A DNA stretch of 64,000 bases from Paraspadella gotoi (GCA_051294375.1 CM119264.1:28500696-28564695), one strand, 5' to 3'; shown: positions 1 to 14,514, counted from the stretch's first letter. Notes: a model not told the origin generated them from the letters alone. Translations and numbers: made by a program.

Positions 1-1503
1 CTCTCAAGAGAGCGAAATGGCCAAAAAGCGCTGCTTCCACGACGCCGTCTACGAGGGCGCCCTAAAGAAAACCGGCGTCATTCTTCACGACTTTCGGTTC
101 CGCTTCCCCGTCCACGCCCTCCTTTCGATTCCGGCGCTCTTTTTCGCGCCGACGACGATCGGCGCCGTTGGTCTCGTCTTCAGTTCGGCGCTCTACGGCG
201 TCGCCGCTATTAAAGGTATGGACTGACTGACTGACGGACTTATGGACTTAATGTAATACGGACGGATTTGAAAAAGATAAACTCGAAAATAGAAAAACAG
301 ATACTTTTAAAATTTAAGCGGTTTTACCGAGACAGACGGACGGGTTTTAAAAACAGAGAGACAGATGCTCGACGAAAACCCATAGAAAAACCGAGAAACT
401 AATGACAATGTAGTCGTAGAAAGAGAGAGATAGTAAAAGAAACCAAAAGAAAGAGAGACAGATAGACAAAAAGACAGAAAGATCGATTGATGGACAGACA
501 GGAAAGACAGACAGACACTCAGACAGACCGATAGAAAGACGGGCTGAGAGATCGGCTCACATACAGACACAGACCGACAGAAAGACAGATAGAATCATCG
601 CACAGATGAAACAGTAACAAGAATCTTGATTAGTTTTTGTTACTTCGATGATGAAAAGTTCCTGGGAAAATAAATGTAATGTCGCGATTGATTAGACCAT
701 GAAATTGCTTGGTACTNNNNNNNNNNNNNNNNNNNNNNNNNNNNNNNNNNNNNNNNNNNNNNNNNNNNNNNNNNNNNNNNNNNNNNNNNNNNNNNNNNNN
801 NNNNNNNNNNNNNNNNNNNNNNNNNNNNNNNNNNNNNNNNNNNNNNNNNNNNNNNNNNNNNNNNNNNNNNNNNNNNNNNNNNNNNNNNNNNNNNNNNNNN
901 NATGAAAAAGCTTGCAGGTTTCTGCTAAGTTGGAAGACCTTTTAAAACCCACAATACTCAATCGTCAAAAGACAAGATAACTTTCATATTAGTTTTTACA
1001 TTAGTATATGGAGGCTAACATGATTTAATCTCTAGAGTAGCACTATTGGTTTTATTCAAAGGACGCGGGTTCGCGCCCTGCTTATTCAAAATCAAGGAGA
1101 GACTGTATGTAATCTTATTTAAAAGGAACAAAATAGAATTATCACCGTAAGATAAAGTAACGATCTGAAGCTAAATTATAAAATTCGATTCCTTAAAAAG
1201 GTCCCCACATGTTTTGAGGTTGGGAAAAGTAAATACAAAATATTGTGAGATAAAATCAATTCAATAATTCCTTAAAATCACAGGATTCACAACAACTTTG
1301 GGCCTTGTTCCTCTTCACAGGCGAGACTTTTCAAAGCGCGCCGACCACGCCGCCGCCGACGCAGCAGCGAACGCAGGGCGTCGCCGACGCTGCCGACATC
1401 TCGCTGCCGATCTTAGAAGGAGAGCGCTACGAAAATCTCCGTTCCCCGTGGCAGAAAGAGGGCGCCACCAGTTCGTTGAGAAAGACGCTGAAGAGGGCGA
1501 TGA
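1..1503 (+). CDS. Partial, gap-interrupted spliced gene for an unidentified, probably membrane, protein
   Basis: Open GC-rich frame from the window edge (SQESEMAKKRCF...FPVHALLSIPALFFAPTTIGAVGLVFSSALYGVAAIK) ends at donor AAG|GTATGG (215/216). A phase-compatible acceptor ATTAG| at 695 gives DHEIAWY before the N gap. Another exon-like block follows CACAG| at 1283 (DSQQLWALFLFTGETFQSAP...LRKTLKRAM). The 3' end is uncertain and the family was not recognised. Confidence 0.45.
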
Positions 1504-3238
1504 GTGGAAAAAAGAAAAACAAAAGGGAAACGGAGAGAAAGAAAGAGGNNNNNNNNNNNNNNNNNNNNNNNNNNNNNNNNNNNNNNNNNNNNNNNNNNNN
1601 NNNNNNNNNNNNNNNNNNNNNNNNNNNNNNNNNNNNNNNNNNNNNNNNNNNNNNNNNNNNNNNNNNNNNNNNNNNNNNNNNNNNNNNNNNNNNNNNNNNN
1701 NNNNNNNNNNNNNNNNNNNNNNNNNNNNNNNNNNNNNAAAAAAGTGTCTGTTTACTCGACGCGGTCTTTTTCAAAGAGAGAGAAAAAAAATCAAAACAAA
1801 CTTAAACCGAATTAGATCGAGTTTATAAAAAAATTTAAAAAAAAGAAAGAAGAAAAAGAAGAAAATCTGTGGTGACGAATTTGTTTAGGATTTCAATTTC
1901 GTTTTGTTGTTGGCGAAAATGTTGTTTTGGCCGCCACATCATCAATTTCTTTTATTTTCATTTTCTTCTTTTTTTTNNNNNNNNNNNNNNNNNNNNNNNN
2001 NNNNNNNNNNNNNNNNNNNNNNNNNNNNNNNNNNNNNNNNNNNNNNNNNNNNNNNNNNNNNNNNNNNNNNNNNNNNNNNNNNNNNNNNNNNNNNNNNNNN
2101 NNNNNNNNNNNNNNNNNNNNNNNNNNNNNNNNNNNNNNNNNNNNNNNNNNNNNNNNNNNNNNNNNNNNNNNNNNNNNNNNNNNNNNNNNNNNNNNNNNNN
2201 NNNNNNNNNNNNNNNNNNNNNNNNNCCATTCGCTTTTTTATAGCATTTCTTTCTTTTTTTCTTCTTTTTTTTTCTTTTTTTCCTGTTTTCTTTTACTCAA
2301 TTCCTTTTTGTTGTTTAACTCTTTAGTTATATCCCTTAATATTCATAATCGTCCGTTTTTCTTTCTATTCTCATTTTCTTCTTCCTAAAACCCTTTCCTT
2401 TCTTCCCAACTTTAATCCTATCTCCTTTTTTCCTCCTTTCCTTTCTTCGCCTGTTCCTTTGTTTTCTTCCTCGACTTTTTAACTTCGCCGACGACAGCGA
2501 CGTCGACGGGAAATAAAACAGAATCGCCACTCAACAACAGGTATCGGTTTTCATCTGCGATCAAAGGAAAAGTAAAACAAAACGTGGGATGGATGACTGA
2601 CCCACGTAGGTACTAGGTAGTACGAAAACTCGACGATCAATATTATAGTTTTATGTAATTGTTTTCTCTAAATTACTATTCTTTCTTTAATTTCAATAAA
2701 ATTTCGCACTATTTACTTTTGGATCTGTCTTNNNNNNNNNNNNNNNNNNNNNNNNNNNNNNNNNNNNNNNNNNNNNNNNNNNNNNNNNNNNNNNNNNNNN
2801 NNNNNNNNNNNNNNNNNNNNNNNNNNNNNNNNNNNNNNNNNNNNNNNNNNNNNNNNNNNNNNNNNNNNNNNNNNNNNNNNNNNNNNNNNNNNNNNNNNNN
2901 NNNNNNNNNNNNNNNNNNNNNNNNNNNNNNNNNNNNNNNNNNNNNNNNNNNNNNNNNNNNNNNNNNNNNNNNNNNNNNNNNNNNNNNNNNNNNNNNNNNN
3001 NNNNNNNNNNNNNNNNNNNNNNNNNNNNNNNNNNNNNNNNNNNNNNNNNNNNNNNNNNNNNNNNNNNNNNNNNNNNNNNNNNNNNNNNNNNNNNNNNNNN
3101 NNNNNNNNNNNNNNNNNNNNNNNNNNNNNNNNNNNNNNNNNNNNNNNNNNNNNNNNNNNNNNNNTTCTTCGCTACTGCTGCCCTGAAGCGACTTTATGAT
3201 GAGCAAGATTTTTTTCTGTTTTTTCTCACATCGAGGTT

Positions 3239-3356
3239 GGGGTTAAAGAGAAGAGATAGAGAGGTAAGGGGTTAAAGATAGGTGATAGAGAGGTAAAGGG
3301 GTTAAAGAGAGGAGATAAAGAGGTAAGGGGGTTAAAGAGAGGAGATAGAGAGGTAA
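3239..3356. repeat. Purine-rich minisatellite, ~29-30 bp unit x4
   Basis: Unit GGGGTTAAAGAGAGGAGATAGAGAGGTAA repeated four times with few substitutions. Confidence 0.85.
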
Positions 3357-6300
3357 GGAAGGAATAAAAAGGCGGTTAAAGTAAGGTTATACAAGTTAAA
3401 ATGGATTAGTTAAAGAAAAGGGATAGGTCATACAGAAGGAAAGGGTGATAAAAGAGGAAGGGGTTGTGCAAATAAGCTGGAAATGAAGAGAGAAGCCGGG
3501 ATGTGATATTTAATAAAAGTAGGAGATTTTTTAAAAAATGGACTGGGGGGTTTAACTTTAAAGAGGTCTCGAGTGCTGGGGATTTGAAGAAGAAAAAGAT
3601 AAACTTTTCTGAGAATAAAAGAGTAAACGCACAAGGGCAAATGGCAAAGGGCAAAGGGGCAAAGGCCAAGAGTTAAGAGCATAGGGACGTCGAGTGTAAA
3701 AGGCAACGATGAATATAAGACATGACGTGTGATCCGTTTTGAAAAGTGAGGGTTAAGTTCTCGCGAAAAGGTGAGGCCAAGGTAAGGCCTTCCTCTCAGC
3801 TTCATTACTCTCGCGCGAGAGAAATCTAGGCAGTAATTCAAGTATTAAACAATTAAACAATTAGAAAAAGAGACTCGCCAATTTCCAGAGATTTCCTCTA
3901 ACGTCTCGCGGTAATTGTTTTTCTTTTTTTACTCTTTTTTTTTCTGTCGTTTTGTGTTTCTAATTTTCTTTCTTTCTTTATTTCTCTCTCTTTTCGGATC
4001 ATTATCTTTTTTTTTAAATCTTTTACGACACAGTAAATTTTTTTTTCTCCAACTGCGAGTGAATCTCTCTCTTTTTTAAAACTTTTTCTTTAATGTATTT
4101 TTTTCCTTATGACGCGATGTACAGTCTGCGTAGAAGAAACTATGCAGTTAAAAAAAATTTCATTATTGATTTTTTCATTTTTTATTGTTTCTCATCCCTC
4201 AGGTTCATTACCTCCGTGAATGTTATGTATAAAAATTAATGCAGACAAATCTTTTAATGCTCCAAGATACAGTTTTAAGATTTACATTAAAAATGCCGTC
4301 AGAATTCAAACTAAAAAGAAGATTGGTTTATTCTATAATGTGTGAACAACAATATCTCTTAAACAACACGTCAAGAATCTTCTTTGTTTAAGCTGTCGTT
4401 GATATCAAAAATTAATATTGATCTGTCCATTCTGTCTCTCCATCTCTTTTATCTCGTCCGTACTAAAGTCTTGATTACTCTATGCTTAGGATAAATCAAT
4501 TGAGTTGAAATTTTGTCCGTGATTACAAAAACTAGTTCATTGAGCAGTGGAATAATCATATTCAAACGGAATCAGGCCTAGTGGAAGTAGGTTTAATTAA
4601 AAAAAAGTAAAGACTCAATTTTAGTTTATTAATTAATTTATATTTTTAAGCGCGCTTTTGCAATGATTTTGCTGTGGTTTCGCACATAAATGTCGTCGTC
4701 GTCTGTTGTTTGGTTGTATTTATACAGCTTCTCATCATCGAGGTCTTGGAATCGGGTCATATTAATTATTTGGCTAACTTAATTAAAATAATATAACTTG
4801 AATAGAATTAATTATTAATTATTAAATAATTAATTATTTTGAATTAATTATTAATTAATTAATTATTAATTAATTCAATTAATTACCGAAAATGACTGTG
4901 GGCAGATCCGACTTGAAATACAAGATGGTATTAATTAATTAAATAATTAATCAGTTAATTAATCATAAACTTAATCAATAATTAATTAATCAGTCAATTA
5001 TTTAATTATTGTTCAATGAATCAATTTTATTTATCTATTAATAATTATTTCAATCAATCAATCAAGTCACATTCAATATCTTTCTTATCTGATGTCTCCT
5101 GGTTACAAAAAAAAATATTTGTGGTAGCCTCGAACGTGCAACCTTCGCAACTTAACAACAATCAGAATTCTCTCTCTTACTTTTGATTTGCCTCTTAGCT
5201 CTCACTCTTTGCCTCACTCTCTTTCTGTGGCTTTTCTTTGTTTTTTGCATCAAATTTCATAACTTTTACTCACTTACTCAGCTTGTTATGTCATAAACAT
5301 GTCCAAATTCACCTTTCCATTTCTTTTGTTAATATTGACCAATAATTATCATTTCTATAATTATAGTATTTGATACATTAAAAAATAATTCCTATCAATG
5401 TTATAAGGAGGAAAAGAAACTTATTAATTTTTTTTAATATAAAAAACATTACAGTATTATTATTAAAAGTAATGATTCATAAAAATTAATAGCAAATGCA
5501 TCACGAACACTAACATACAGAATAAGAAAAACTGTCTCCATATCCTCTTGAATACTTATGGAAAAACATAAAAGAATAAAAAATGAAATAATTAAAAAAA
5601 AACTTTTCAGACCATGCTCACGAAGAATTATAATTTTGCATAAAAAATAAATAATCAAAAAAAATAAAAAACATCAGATTCGTGACAAAATCGATTGGAA
5701 AAAATCGATTTTTTTCAAAATGCAAAATTATTTCTCAAGTTCTCTATTATATTCTCACATGAGACAAATGTTTTTTTTAAAAATTTAAATATTCAAACTT
5801 TTTTAATTAATTAAAATCATTTTAGTATACTAAACTTTAAAAATATTTTTAATAAAAATTTATACCTAAAGTTACTAGAAGATGCTTTTCCCAAAAATGT
5901 CTCTTAGATCTTTCTTAAAACGCCAAACAAGTCACCGCCACAAAATGAATACAAAAACTAGAAAAAGCAATATTGTTTTGTCATTCTGATTTAGAGATAT
6001 TTGGTTGATTGTTATGCTTAAATTTCCTTTAAATGAAAAAATAATAGGTTTAAAAGATAGCTCTTGATCTCTAGTTGTAAATTGAGTTTGAATTAATTTT
6101 TTTAATGAACAAGTTTAACCGCAGATCAATTACAATAACGATGGTAAGAAATTTTGTCACCGTTTTAAGCTACTTTTAGCCTGATTTTTTACATATTTCG
6201 ATTATCTTTGCGATCTTACTGATAAAAACGTCATGGTAAAAAAGAGCCTATGTTCGTTCGAATATAAGGCATATGTTTAGTAATCAGACAGAGTAAAAAT

Positions 6301-7813
6301 TTTGGTCACAAGGTAAAAAATTTTGCATGAGAATAGCGTGAATAAAGTTTTTTCCACGAGACTGTGCACCGCGACTTATTTTAATGTTTTCTTTTCCTTA
6401 ATTTCTTAACTTCTGTTGTTTTTCACTTTAATTCACATCCGTGACGTCATCGTCCCCACTTTTCCCGTGATTTCCTTTTTTTCTTTTGCCGCCAGTGATT
6501 TTCTCTTCGTCATCCGTGATTTTTTTTCTCCTCCGTCGGTGATTTTCTTTCTCACTCGATCCTCACTGGATTCGAAAGGGTAATTTTTGGGTAGGGGGGA
6601 GTTTACAGAGCCAACGGGTCATGGGGGAAAATGGTGACCTTGAGGCCAACTATTCGACTCATGGTGAGAGCTATGGGGCGCACTCGCTTTTCTTTTTCCC
6701 CCTTTTTTTCCCTTTTTTTTCCTTTTTATCCTTTCTTGTCTTCTTGTCTTTTCCTTTGTTCTTCCTCTTCCAATTTTCTTACTCTTTCTTTTTCTTTTTT
6801 TCTTTTTTTACATTTCCTTTCCTCTTTGTAATTCATTCTCTCACATTCTCTCACATTCATTATTACCCTTTTTGTGGCCAATTTAACCTTTTCGCCTTTC
6901 TTATTTTCTCTTATTCGTTCCTTCTCTCTTCCCTTCCTTCCTCCTTTCCTATTCTTCTCTCTTCTCTTCCTTCCTCCTTTCCTATTCTTCTCTCTTCCCT
7001 TCCTTCCTCCTTTCCTACCCCTTTCCTACTTTTCTTTTTCCACATTTCTTTCCTCTCCTCGATTCCTATCATTTTCTCTCTTCCTTTCCCTTCTTTCCTA
7101 TCACCCTCCCCCGAATAATAAATTCATTTCGTCCAATGATCAAACGCAAACATCGGGAGTCACGTGATCAAACGGGGTCGTCTTCCCCGATTTCGTCCAT
7201 CGTCGCGTCACAACCGAATACGCGTGACGCAATCGTATAACCAAGTCTTTAATTTACGCTATGGATTTCTTCGATGATGACGATAAAAAAAAGAATATCA
7301 TATTAACCGATTAGTTAAAGTCCCCCAAATTATTGTTTTAATGTCGGCGAATAATCGATGTTTTGGGAGAGAGCGCGACGTTGGCTTTCCGACCACAACG
7401 CAATGAACTGATGAGTTAATCATAAACGCGTCGCATGAAACGATTGATGAGAATTCCCATCGTGACGTCGCTTGATCGAACGAGCGAATCGTCGATCAAA
7501 GAGGAAACTGTCAAGATTTCAATTGTTGACTTCGTGACTCCATATATTTGTGGAGAATATTTGCCACAGTCGCTCTATTTTTCGTAAGCGCGCTCTCTCT
7601 TTCTCTCTCTCTCTCTCCCTCTCTCCCCAAGATCTAAAGAACAAAAGCAATCAGTTTGATCGAGGCGCGGCTAGATGTCAGGAGACGACGGTTGACGCCG
7701 GACGCTCGTGACGCTGGACTCGCGCATGCGCGATCCGATCGGTCAACCGGAGGAAATTACGACGCGCGACGGAGAAAAATCGGCGTTGGATGAATACATA
7801 TCCAGTGGACGCA

Positions 7814-7845
<32 letters not shown>

Positions 7846-8161
7846 TATTTTCGTCGTCGTCGTCGTCCTATTTATTCTTATCGAGAGGCTTTGTTCCGCG
7901 AGACCGTAGTCGGTCACGACGTCACCAAAACCAAAACCAGCAAACCGCCTGATCCAATGGGCACTATACGCCGAAAGCTCCTTATTTCTCTTCCTAATCT
8001 CTTAATATTTAACCTTAATCTATTTTTATAAAACTTAAACCCAATTCTTAACCATAATGCCTAACTCTAATTTACATCCCTGCCAAATTCCTAACCTCTA
8101 ATCTCTGTAGTCTGGCATTGCTAGGTTCGGTCACCCACGTATAAGCATGATACTTTCAGTC

Positions 8162-8240
8162 GTGAACGAGTGGCTCATTGAGTAAAGCTATCAGGCTTAT
8201 GACCGCTAGGTACTGGTTCAATCCTCCAACCCGGGGTACC
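8162..8240 (+). mobile_element. tRNA-derived SINE head or tRNA pseudogene
   Basis: A-box-like TGGCTCATTGAG (8171-8182) and B-box-like GGTTCAATCC (8215-8224) at tRNA-like spacing. No clean cloverleaf could be folded by eye. Confidence 0.45.
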
Positions 8241-9398
8241 TACTCTGCCAGGAAGCGATGGCCATAAACCGCCTTGGCGGTGTGGCAAACCTTCAAAGCC
8301 TGGTTCAAGCTATGGCTGCTAGAGGGAGTTAAAAAAGTTGCGGATTAGTCATCTTCTGCCCACTTATCGCCTTATCCACATCTCGTAACTTATCCCAAAT
8401 CTTAAACCTAACCCATAATCTAATCCTTAACCTTACCACTAACCTTAAATTTCTTAACCTAACCCCTAACTAGAATTTAAGCGAAATGGGACTGTTTTTT
8501 GAAAATTATTTGGCCATACCACCGAGCTCTTGGGTCCTCGGATTCAAAGACTTTCTTCCAGCAACCGTTAGGCCAGTTGCAGGTTGCAGGCATCTGTCGT
8601 CATTAGAGTTTACGTCGACGACATTAATGACACATCACGTAAAATTGCGACGTCACCAAGATTTTTCTACATAAAATCACTGGAAACCAATGGAGCCAGA
8701 CAAATGCAATGGCAATGATGAGGTCCACAGTTTCCGGTGAAAATGGATGATGATTTTAAATCGTGTTTGGGGGGAAAGAGAATTTATTAATAAGATTATA
8801 TTACTAAATTCAAATTTTTTTTGATATTAGCTTAACGAATTAAGTGCGTAGGCATTGGCTCATTGGGCTATAAGCCTCTGTCTCTCTCTCTCTCTTTCTC
8901 TTTCTCTCTTTCTTGCTCTCTCTCTCTCTCTCTCTCTCTTGCTCTCTCTCTCTCTCTCTTACTCTCTCTCTCTCTCACTCCTTCTCTCGTGAGGAAAATT
9001 AGGTTTTTCCGATGCGAAACTCGTTTACATCCAAAACTGATTAAAATTTAAAACGCTAATTTAAGCGGCGCAATTTTTCCCTTCGGCGTTCGCTGTCAAC
9101 GCGCGATTATAACTCGAACGAGAAATAAACAGAAGGGGAAAAAAATCAATTCATTTTTTTTCCTCTTTTTTTTTAAAGCGGCCTCAGTCTCAGATAGATG
9201 TCGCTTGATTGCGACCGGTGATTTCTTTTGTTCCTTTTTTAAAAAAATTATTGTCTTTTGTTTAAGAAAAAAAGTATTTTGAAAAACAGTTTACAAGAAA
9301 AAAGGAATTAGGAAGGCCAGGTATAAAAAATAAGAAAGAAAGATATACAGGAACCGATTCGACCACAAAGTGAAAATGCGAACAAAGAGGCGGACAGC

Positions 9399-9449
<51 letters not shown>

Positions 9450-10304
9450 GAGAGAGAGAGAGACATAAAAGCGGCAAACAAATCCAAACCACCTCCATAC
9501 AAAAAAAAAGTCACTAACAGAAAATGGAAACCCATTCCAGTTGGGTCTAGCAAACGACGTCGCCTTTCCTCCCATTCGTCCGCCCCCCCTCTCCGCCCCC
9601 CCATTTCTAGAGGGACCATCTGCCATCCATCCTGATAAATCATCTGCCGTAAACTTTGGCCTCTCCATTCTTAGTCTTTTATCTGCCATCGTTCTTTGAC
9701 TCCGTCTTCCCAATTTGCAATTTCCTGTGCACTGCTGCCCGATGCCCATAAAGGAATCACCTTATTCCTCAATCTTTCTAAAACCCTATACTTGTTTACT
9801 TGTTGCAGAATGATTTTTTTTTAGGCTGGGCTGCAATGAGAGTTCCTCCAACTGATTTACATATTGTATTAGATTAGTTTAGCCATCATTCCTTTGCCGT
9901 ATCATGTCTTTTGTCAGTACTACAACTGACAATTATTTCTGCCACATCTACCGCCATTACCACTGCCTCTGCAGCCACATATGCCGTCGTCATAGTCTCT
10001 ACTTCCTCTTCAGCCACGACCGTTTCCACATCCCCAACCCGCTGCCCCTCTAAAGATATTATTCCAAAATACCAGCGCATCGGCGAACCTAGAGGCGAAG
10101 AATCGCATCGGCGAAAAGCGGAAGGCTGGACAAAGGGAGGTGAGGGAGGGAAGTGGGGGGGAGGAGCACATTTGATGGCACCGAATGGCACCAGATGGCA
10201 TAAAGTGGTTAAGACTCGGATGGCTAAAAGGGGGAAAGGGAAGGTAGGGGAAGGGGAAGGTAGGGAATTAGATTAGAAATCAGGGGATTGGAAGAGAAGA
10301 AGAA

Positions 10305-10362
<58 letters not shown>

Positions 10363-10413
10363 ATGATGATGAAGATGATGATGATGATGATGATGATGAT
10401 GAAGATAATGATA
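10305..10413. repeat. (GAT)n microsatellite
   Basis: Near-perfect GAT run; source of the poly-M and poly-I ORFs. Confidence 0.95.
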
Positions 10414-11722
10414 ACAAACATTTGGTCAGACTCTAAAAAGGGTAGGAAAGGCAGGAAACAGGATGTAGGATGGATGGGCGAAAAAATACAAGGAGAAACC
10501 TGCGGTAAAAAGCTACGGATCAAAGTAATAGGTTGATCAATACTATTGACAATAGGGGCTTATTAATCAACCTAATAGTTTGATCAACCTGTAAATTTAA
10601 ATAGTAGCCTCTAATTGAGACAAAATGCTTGAACGAGCTTTTCGGTTCTATAAATAACTTCTCAGACTCGAACTTGAGTTTCTATTTTTCTCCAAAATTG
10701 TCTCCGAGTTCGTTCCACTCCGGACTCCGCCCCCCCCCCTCTACGCGAGTTCTCGCTTTGTTTGGGTTCAAACGACTCTTTGGGGAGTTGGTTTAAAAAT
10801 TGAATCATAATAAAACACGAGTTTCGCTTTATTTTTTTTTCGTTCGTTGTCCTCTGCTTTTTTAGCGACTCTAGCGGGAAAACGGTGAAACCATTAAGAC
10901 GGAAATGAAAATTAGGAGAAGGAAGAGAAATAGTAGATTCGAACTCGGGACTTTGGTTTCGAAGAGACCACGATCTCAATTCTGTGCCACCGAAGAAAAC
11001 CCGAGTCGTTGGGTTCAGATTTCGTCGCCATATTGGATTCGGATTCGCCAAAGACAAAAAAAAAAATCGAGCAGAAAAGACATAAATTAAAGATGGATGA
11101 TGGCGATGACTTCGGCGGCGGCGGCGGCGACGGCAGCGGCTGCCACAAAAACTGCTGGGGCCAGAAGGTTAGGTCGTTCTGGCGTCCAATGGATGCGTCT
11201 TTGCTGAACGACTTCAGTAAAAGAGGACACATTTAAGCTCAAGAAAATAAGACTGTAATTGATCCATGCAATGCGGCACCAATGGAAATGCAATGAGGCT
11301 AAATCAATGGTCTCTTCCCATCCGCTATTTATCTGCTTAATGAGATACGAGTCATTGACATCGTTGAATTAAAGTTTAATTTAATTTATTTTAATTTAGT
11401 TTAGTAATTTAATTTAGTTTAATTTAAACTTCGGAGAAACTGAAGAATATGATCAATTTACTATTCCATAGATAAATAATAAATACAAATAAATCAATAT
11501 GATTATAAAACAACGCGTATTTATTCTACTCAAACATTTCATACAGATTTAAAATCGACGACGACGAAAACGAGAAAAAACAACTACAACAACATCGACG
11601 ACGACGACAACAACAACGACGACAACGAGGAGAGACAACAAGGCGGAGGACGACGACGACGACGACGACGACAACGACGACGACTTGATAGACCAAGAGA
11701 CTAAGACGCATCGTCGGTCGTG

Positions 11723-11858
11723 AAGCGGCCAAGCGGCCAAGCGGCCAAGCGGCCAAGCGGCCAAGCGGCCAAGCGGCCAAGCGGCCAAGCGGCCAAGCGG
11801 CCAAGCGGCCAAGCGGCCAAGCGGCCAAGCGACCAAGCGACCAAGCGGCCAAGCGGCC
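11723..11858. repeat. 8-bp tandem repeat (AAGCGGCC)x~17
   Basis: Direct reading; two units are the variant AAGCGACC. Confidence 0.95.
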
Positions 11859-12033
11859 CGGCGGCGAAGCGACGAAGCGGCGAACCGACCAAGCGGCCAT
11901 TAAGCAGACGAGACTTTCGGTCAAAAGGGTGAGATCATGAAACGAGATGAGCTCAACTGATGAGGAGATGAGATGAGAAGATGAGATGAGGACTGAGGAG
12001 ATTCGAATCATAACCACTTGGATCTTCGGTCGG

Positions 12034-12147
12034 CCAACTGGTCATGCCACCCTGCCCCTCCCAACTGGTCGTGCCACCCTTCCCCTCCCAACTTGTCGTG
12101 CCACCCTGCCCTTCCCAACTGGTCGAGCCATCCTGCCCCTCCCCAAC
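12034..12147. repeat. 27-bp minisatellite x4
   Basis: Unit CCAACTGGTCRTGCCACCCTGCCCCTC, head to tail with no spacers. Confidence 0.9.
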
Positions 12148-13024
12148 CCTCTATCCCGTCTAATTTATTACCACAATATTCATTATCATTCCCCGACCCA
12201 CAGTCTCCCCTTTTCTCACCCGCCGTCCCCTGCCACTCCTCTCCCCTTTTTGCACACCCGATATCTTCGTTCATTCTTTTAATCTCGTTCCAGAGGAAGG
12301 CGGAGCTTGGCGGGAACTTGGTGGTCGTTGCTTGGCAACGGACAGAGATAGTTCACTTCGAGAAATGATGTTTTTGACCGTTTGAACGGTTTCGGCAGTT
12401 AGGCGAGTTCGATTCGGATTTTAAATGGTTGAGATACTTTTTATATTAAAAAAAAAAGAGTTTAAGTGAACAAATTAATTATTATTTTAAGGGATAAGTG
12501 ACACTAAAATAACACTGGAGGGAAACTTGTAGTGACAAATAAGTGTCACTCGAGAGATGCGAGAGTGACGCAAGAGTGTCGTAGAAGCGTCACCGGATTC
12601 ACGCGGTAGTGTCACTTGAGTCACGCTAGAGTGTCACGCGGGAGTGATGCTTAGAGTGACACTAAAATCTCTCTGGAGTGTCACCGGAGTCTTTCCGAAG
12701 TTTCACGCCGGAGTGACTCCAGACTCCATGATCCCACCAAAGGATTTAAGCTCATCGCCCGACTGACGAATGTGAAGAGTGATTAATGAGTAGAACCGAC
12801 GGCGTGAACTCGTGAGCCCGTGAAAGACTCCTTTTTCCTCTGTGAGACTTTTTCACGCAAAAAGTAAACAAAGAAAATTAAAATTTTTAAAAGAAAAAAA
12901 AAATAAAAGGTTTTGTTTCTTTTTTTTTTTTGTTTTTTTGTTTCGCGTCTCAAGTCAATAGGTTGTGTTTTGGTTCGAAGAAGATTGGATGAAAAAGAAG
13001 GCGTTGAAAAAAAAGAAAAAGGAG

Positions 13025-14514
13025 AGGGTTGATTGGCTGGTTGCGGGATTGATTGATTAATTGATTAATTGAGTTATATTTATTCGTTTGCAGTCGAATT
13101 TTGTGATTTGTTATTTCCATTGGTTAAATATATGTTGCTTGTTTGGTTTATATGGTTGATTGGTAAAGTTTAGTTTTATTGTTTCAGATTAGTCTTTTCC
13201 CTTATATGTATATACAATTTTGATTTTAAGATTATCACATTTATATCTAAATGACGCTGGTGCAATTCTGTAGCGGACACTGCCCGCAATGCTCGCCTCA
13301 CGTCAGATTAAAACTATAAACGAAAAGAAAGAAATTATTGTTTGGGAATCGAAATGAATTCACCTCAACATCGACGCTCAAGTTTTTTCGTGGAAAATAT
13401 GATAACGAAAGAAAAACAAAAGGCTAAACTAATGATAAGTGGAAACAATAATTGACACTGAACATCGGGTCATCGAAATCTCGCTGAAGCAGCAAAAGGA
13501 CAATGAAAACAAAAACAAAAACAACAATATATTCAATTTAAAGACACAAATAAAAACTGCAATGGCGGTGTTTAATATCTTTGTTCATACATACCGCGAC
13601 AACAGAATAACCATGACGACGATAACGACGACGACGATAACGACGACGACAATAACGACGACGACGATAACGACGACGACGATAACGATGACGATAACAA
13701 CGATGACGACGATAACGACGACGACTANNNNNNNNNNNNNNNNNNNNNNNNNTTTAGAGGGTAGCTATGTCGTTTCTTAATAGAACGAAGGGGTTCTGCA
13801 GGGTTGATTGGCTGGTTGCGGGATTGATTGATTAATTGATTAATTGAGTTATATTTATTCGTTTGAGTCGAATTTTGTGATTTGTTATTTCCATTGGTTA
13901 AATATATGTTTGCTTGTTTGGTTTATATGGTTGATTGGTAAAGTTTTTTTTATGTTTTCAGATTAGTCTTTTTTTCCTTATATGTATATACAATTTTGAT
14001 TTTAAGATTATCACATTTATATCTAAATGACGCTGGTGCAATTCTGTAGCGGACACTGCCCGCAATGCTCGCCTCACGTCAGATTAAAACTATAAACGAA
14101 AAGAAAGAAATTTATGTTTGGGGAATCGAAATGAATTCACCTCAACATCGACGCTCAAGTTTTTTCGTGGAAAATATGATAACGAAAGAAAAACAAAAGG
14201 CTAAACTAATGATAAGTGGAAACAATAATTGACACTGAACATCGGGTCATCGAAATCTCGCTGAAGCAGCAAAAGGACAATGAAAAAAAAAACAAAAACA
14301 ACAATATATTTCAATTTAAAGACAAAAATAAAAACTGCAATGGCGGTGTTTAATATCTTTGTTCATACATACCGCGACAACAGAATAACCATGACGACGA
14401 TAACGACGACGACGATAACGACGACGTACGACGACGACATAACGACGACGACGATAACGACGACGACGATAACGATGACGATAACAACGATGACGACGAT
14501 AACGACGACGACTA
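13025..14514. repeat. Tandem duplication ~0.7 kb (13025-13727 vs 13800-14514) across a 25-N gap
   Basis: Near-identical copies differing mainly by small indels; gap 13728-13752 is exactly 25 N. Confidence 0.9.

Noticed and set aside
692-3206. ORFs spanning N gaps
   Set aside because: Their length comes from X runs; only the flanking exon-like pieces were considered.
11723-12147. Repeat arrays as possible CRISPR or repeat-protein genes (WPLGRLAA, ATLPLPTGR)
   Set aside because: Units are contiguous without unique spacers, there are no cas genes, the context is eukaryotic, and the ORFs arise from the repeat period.
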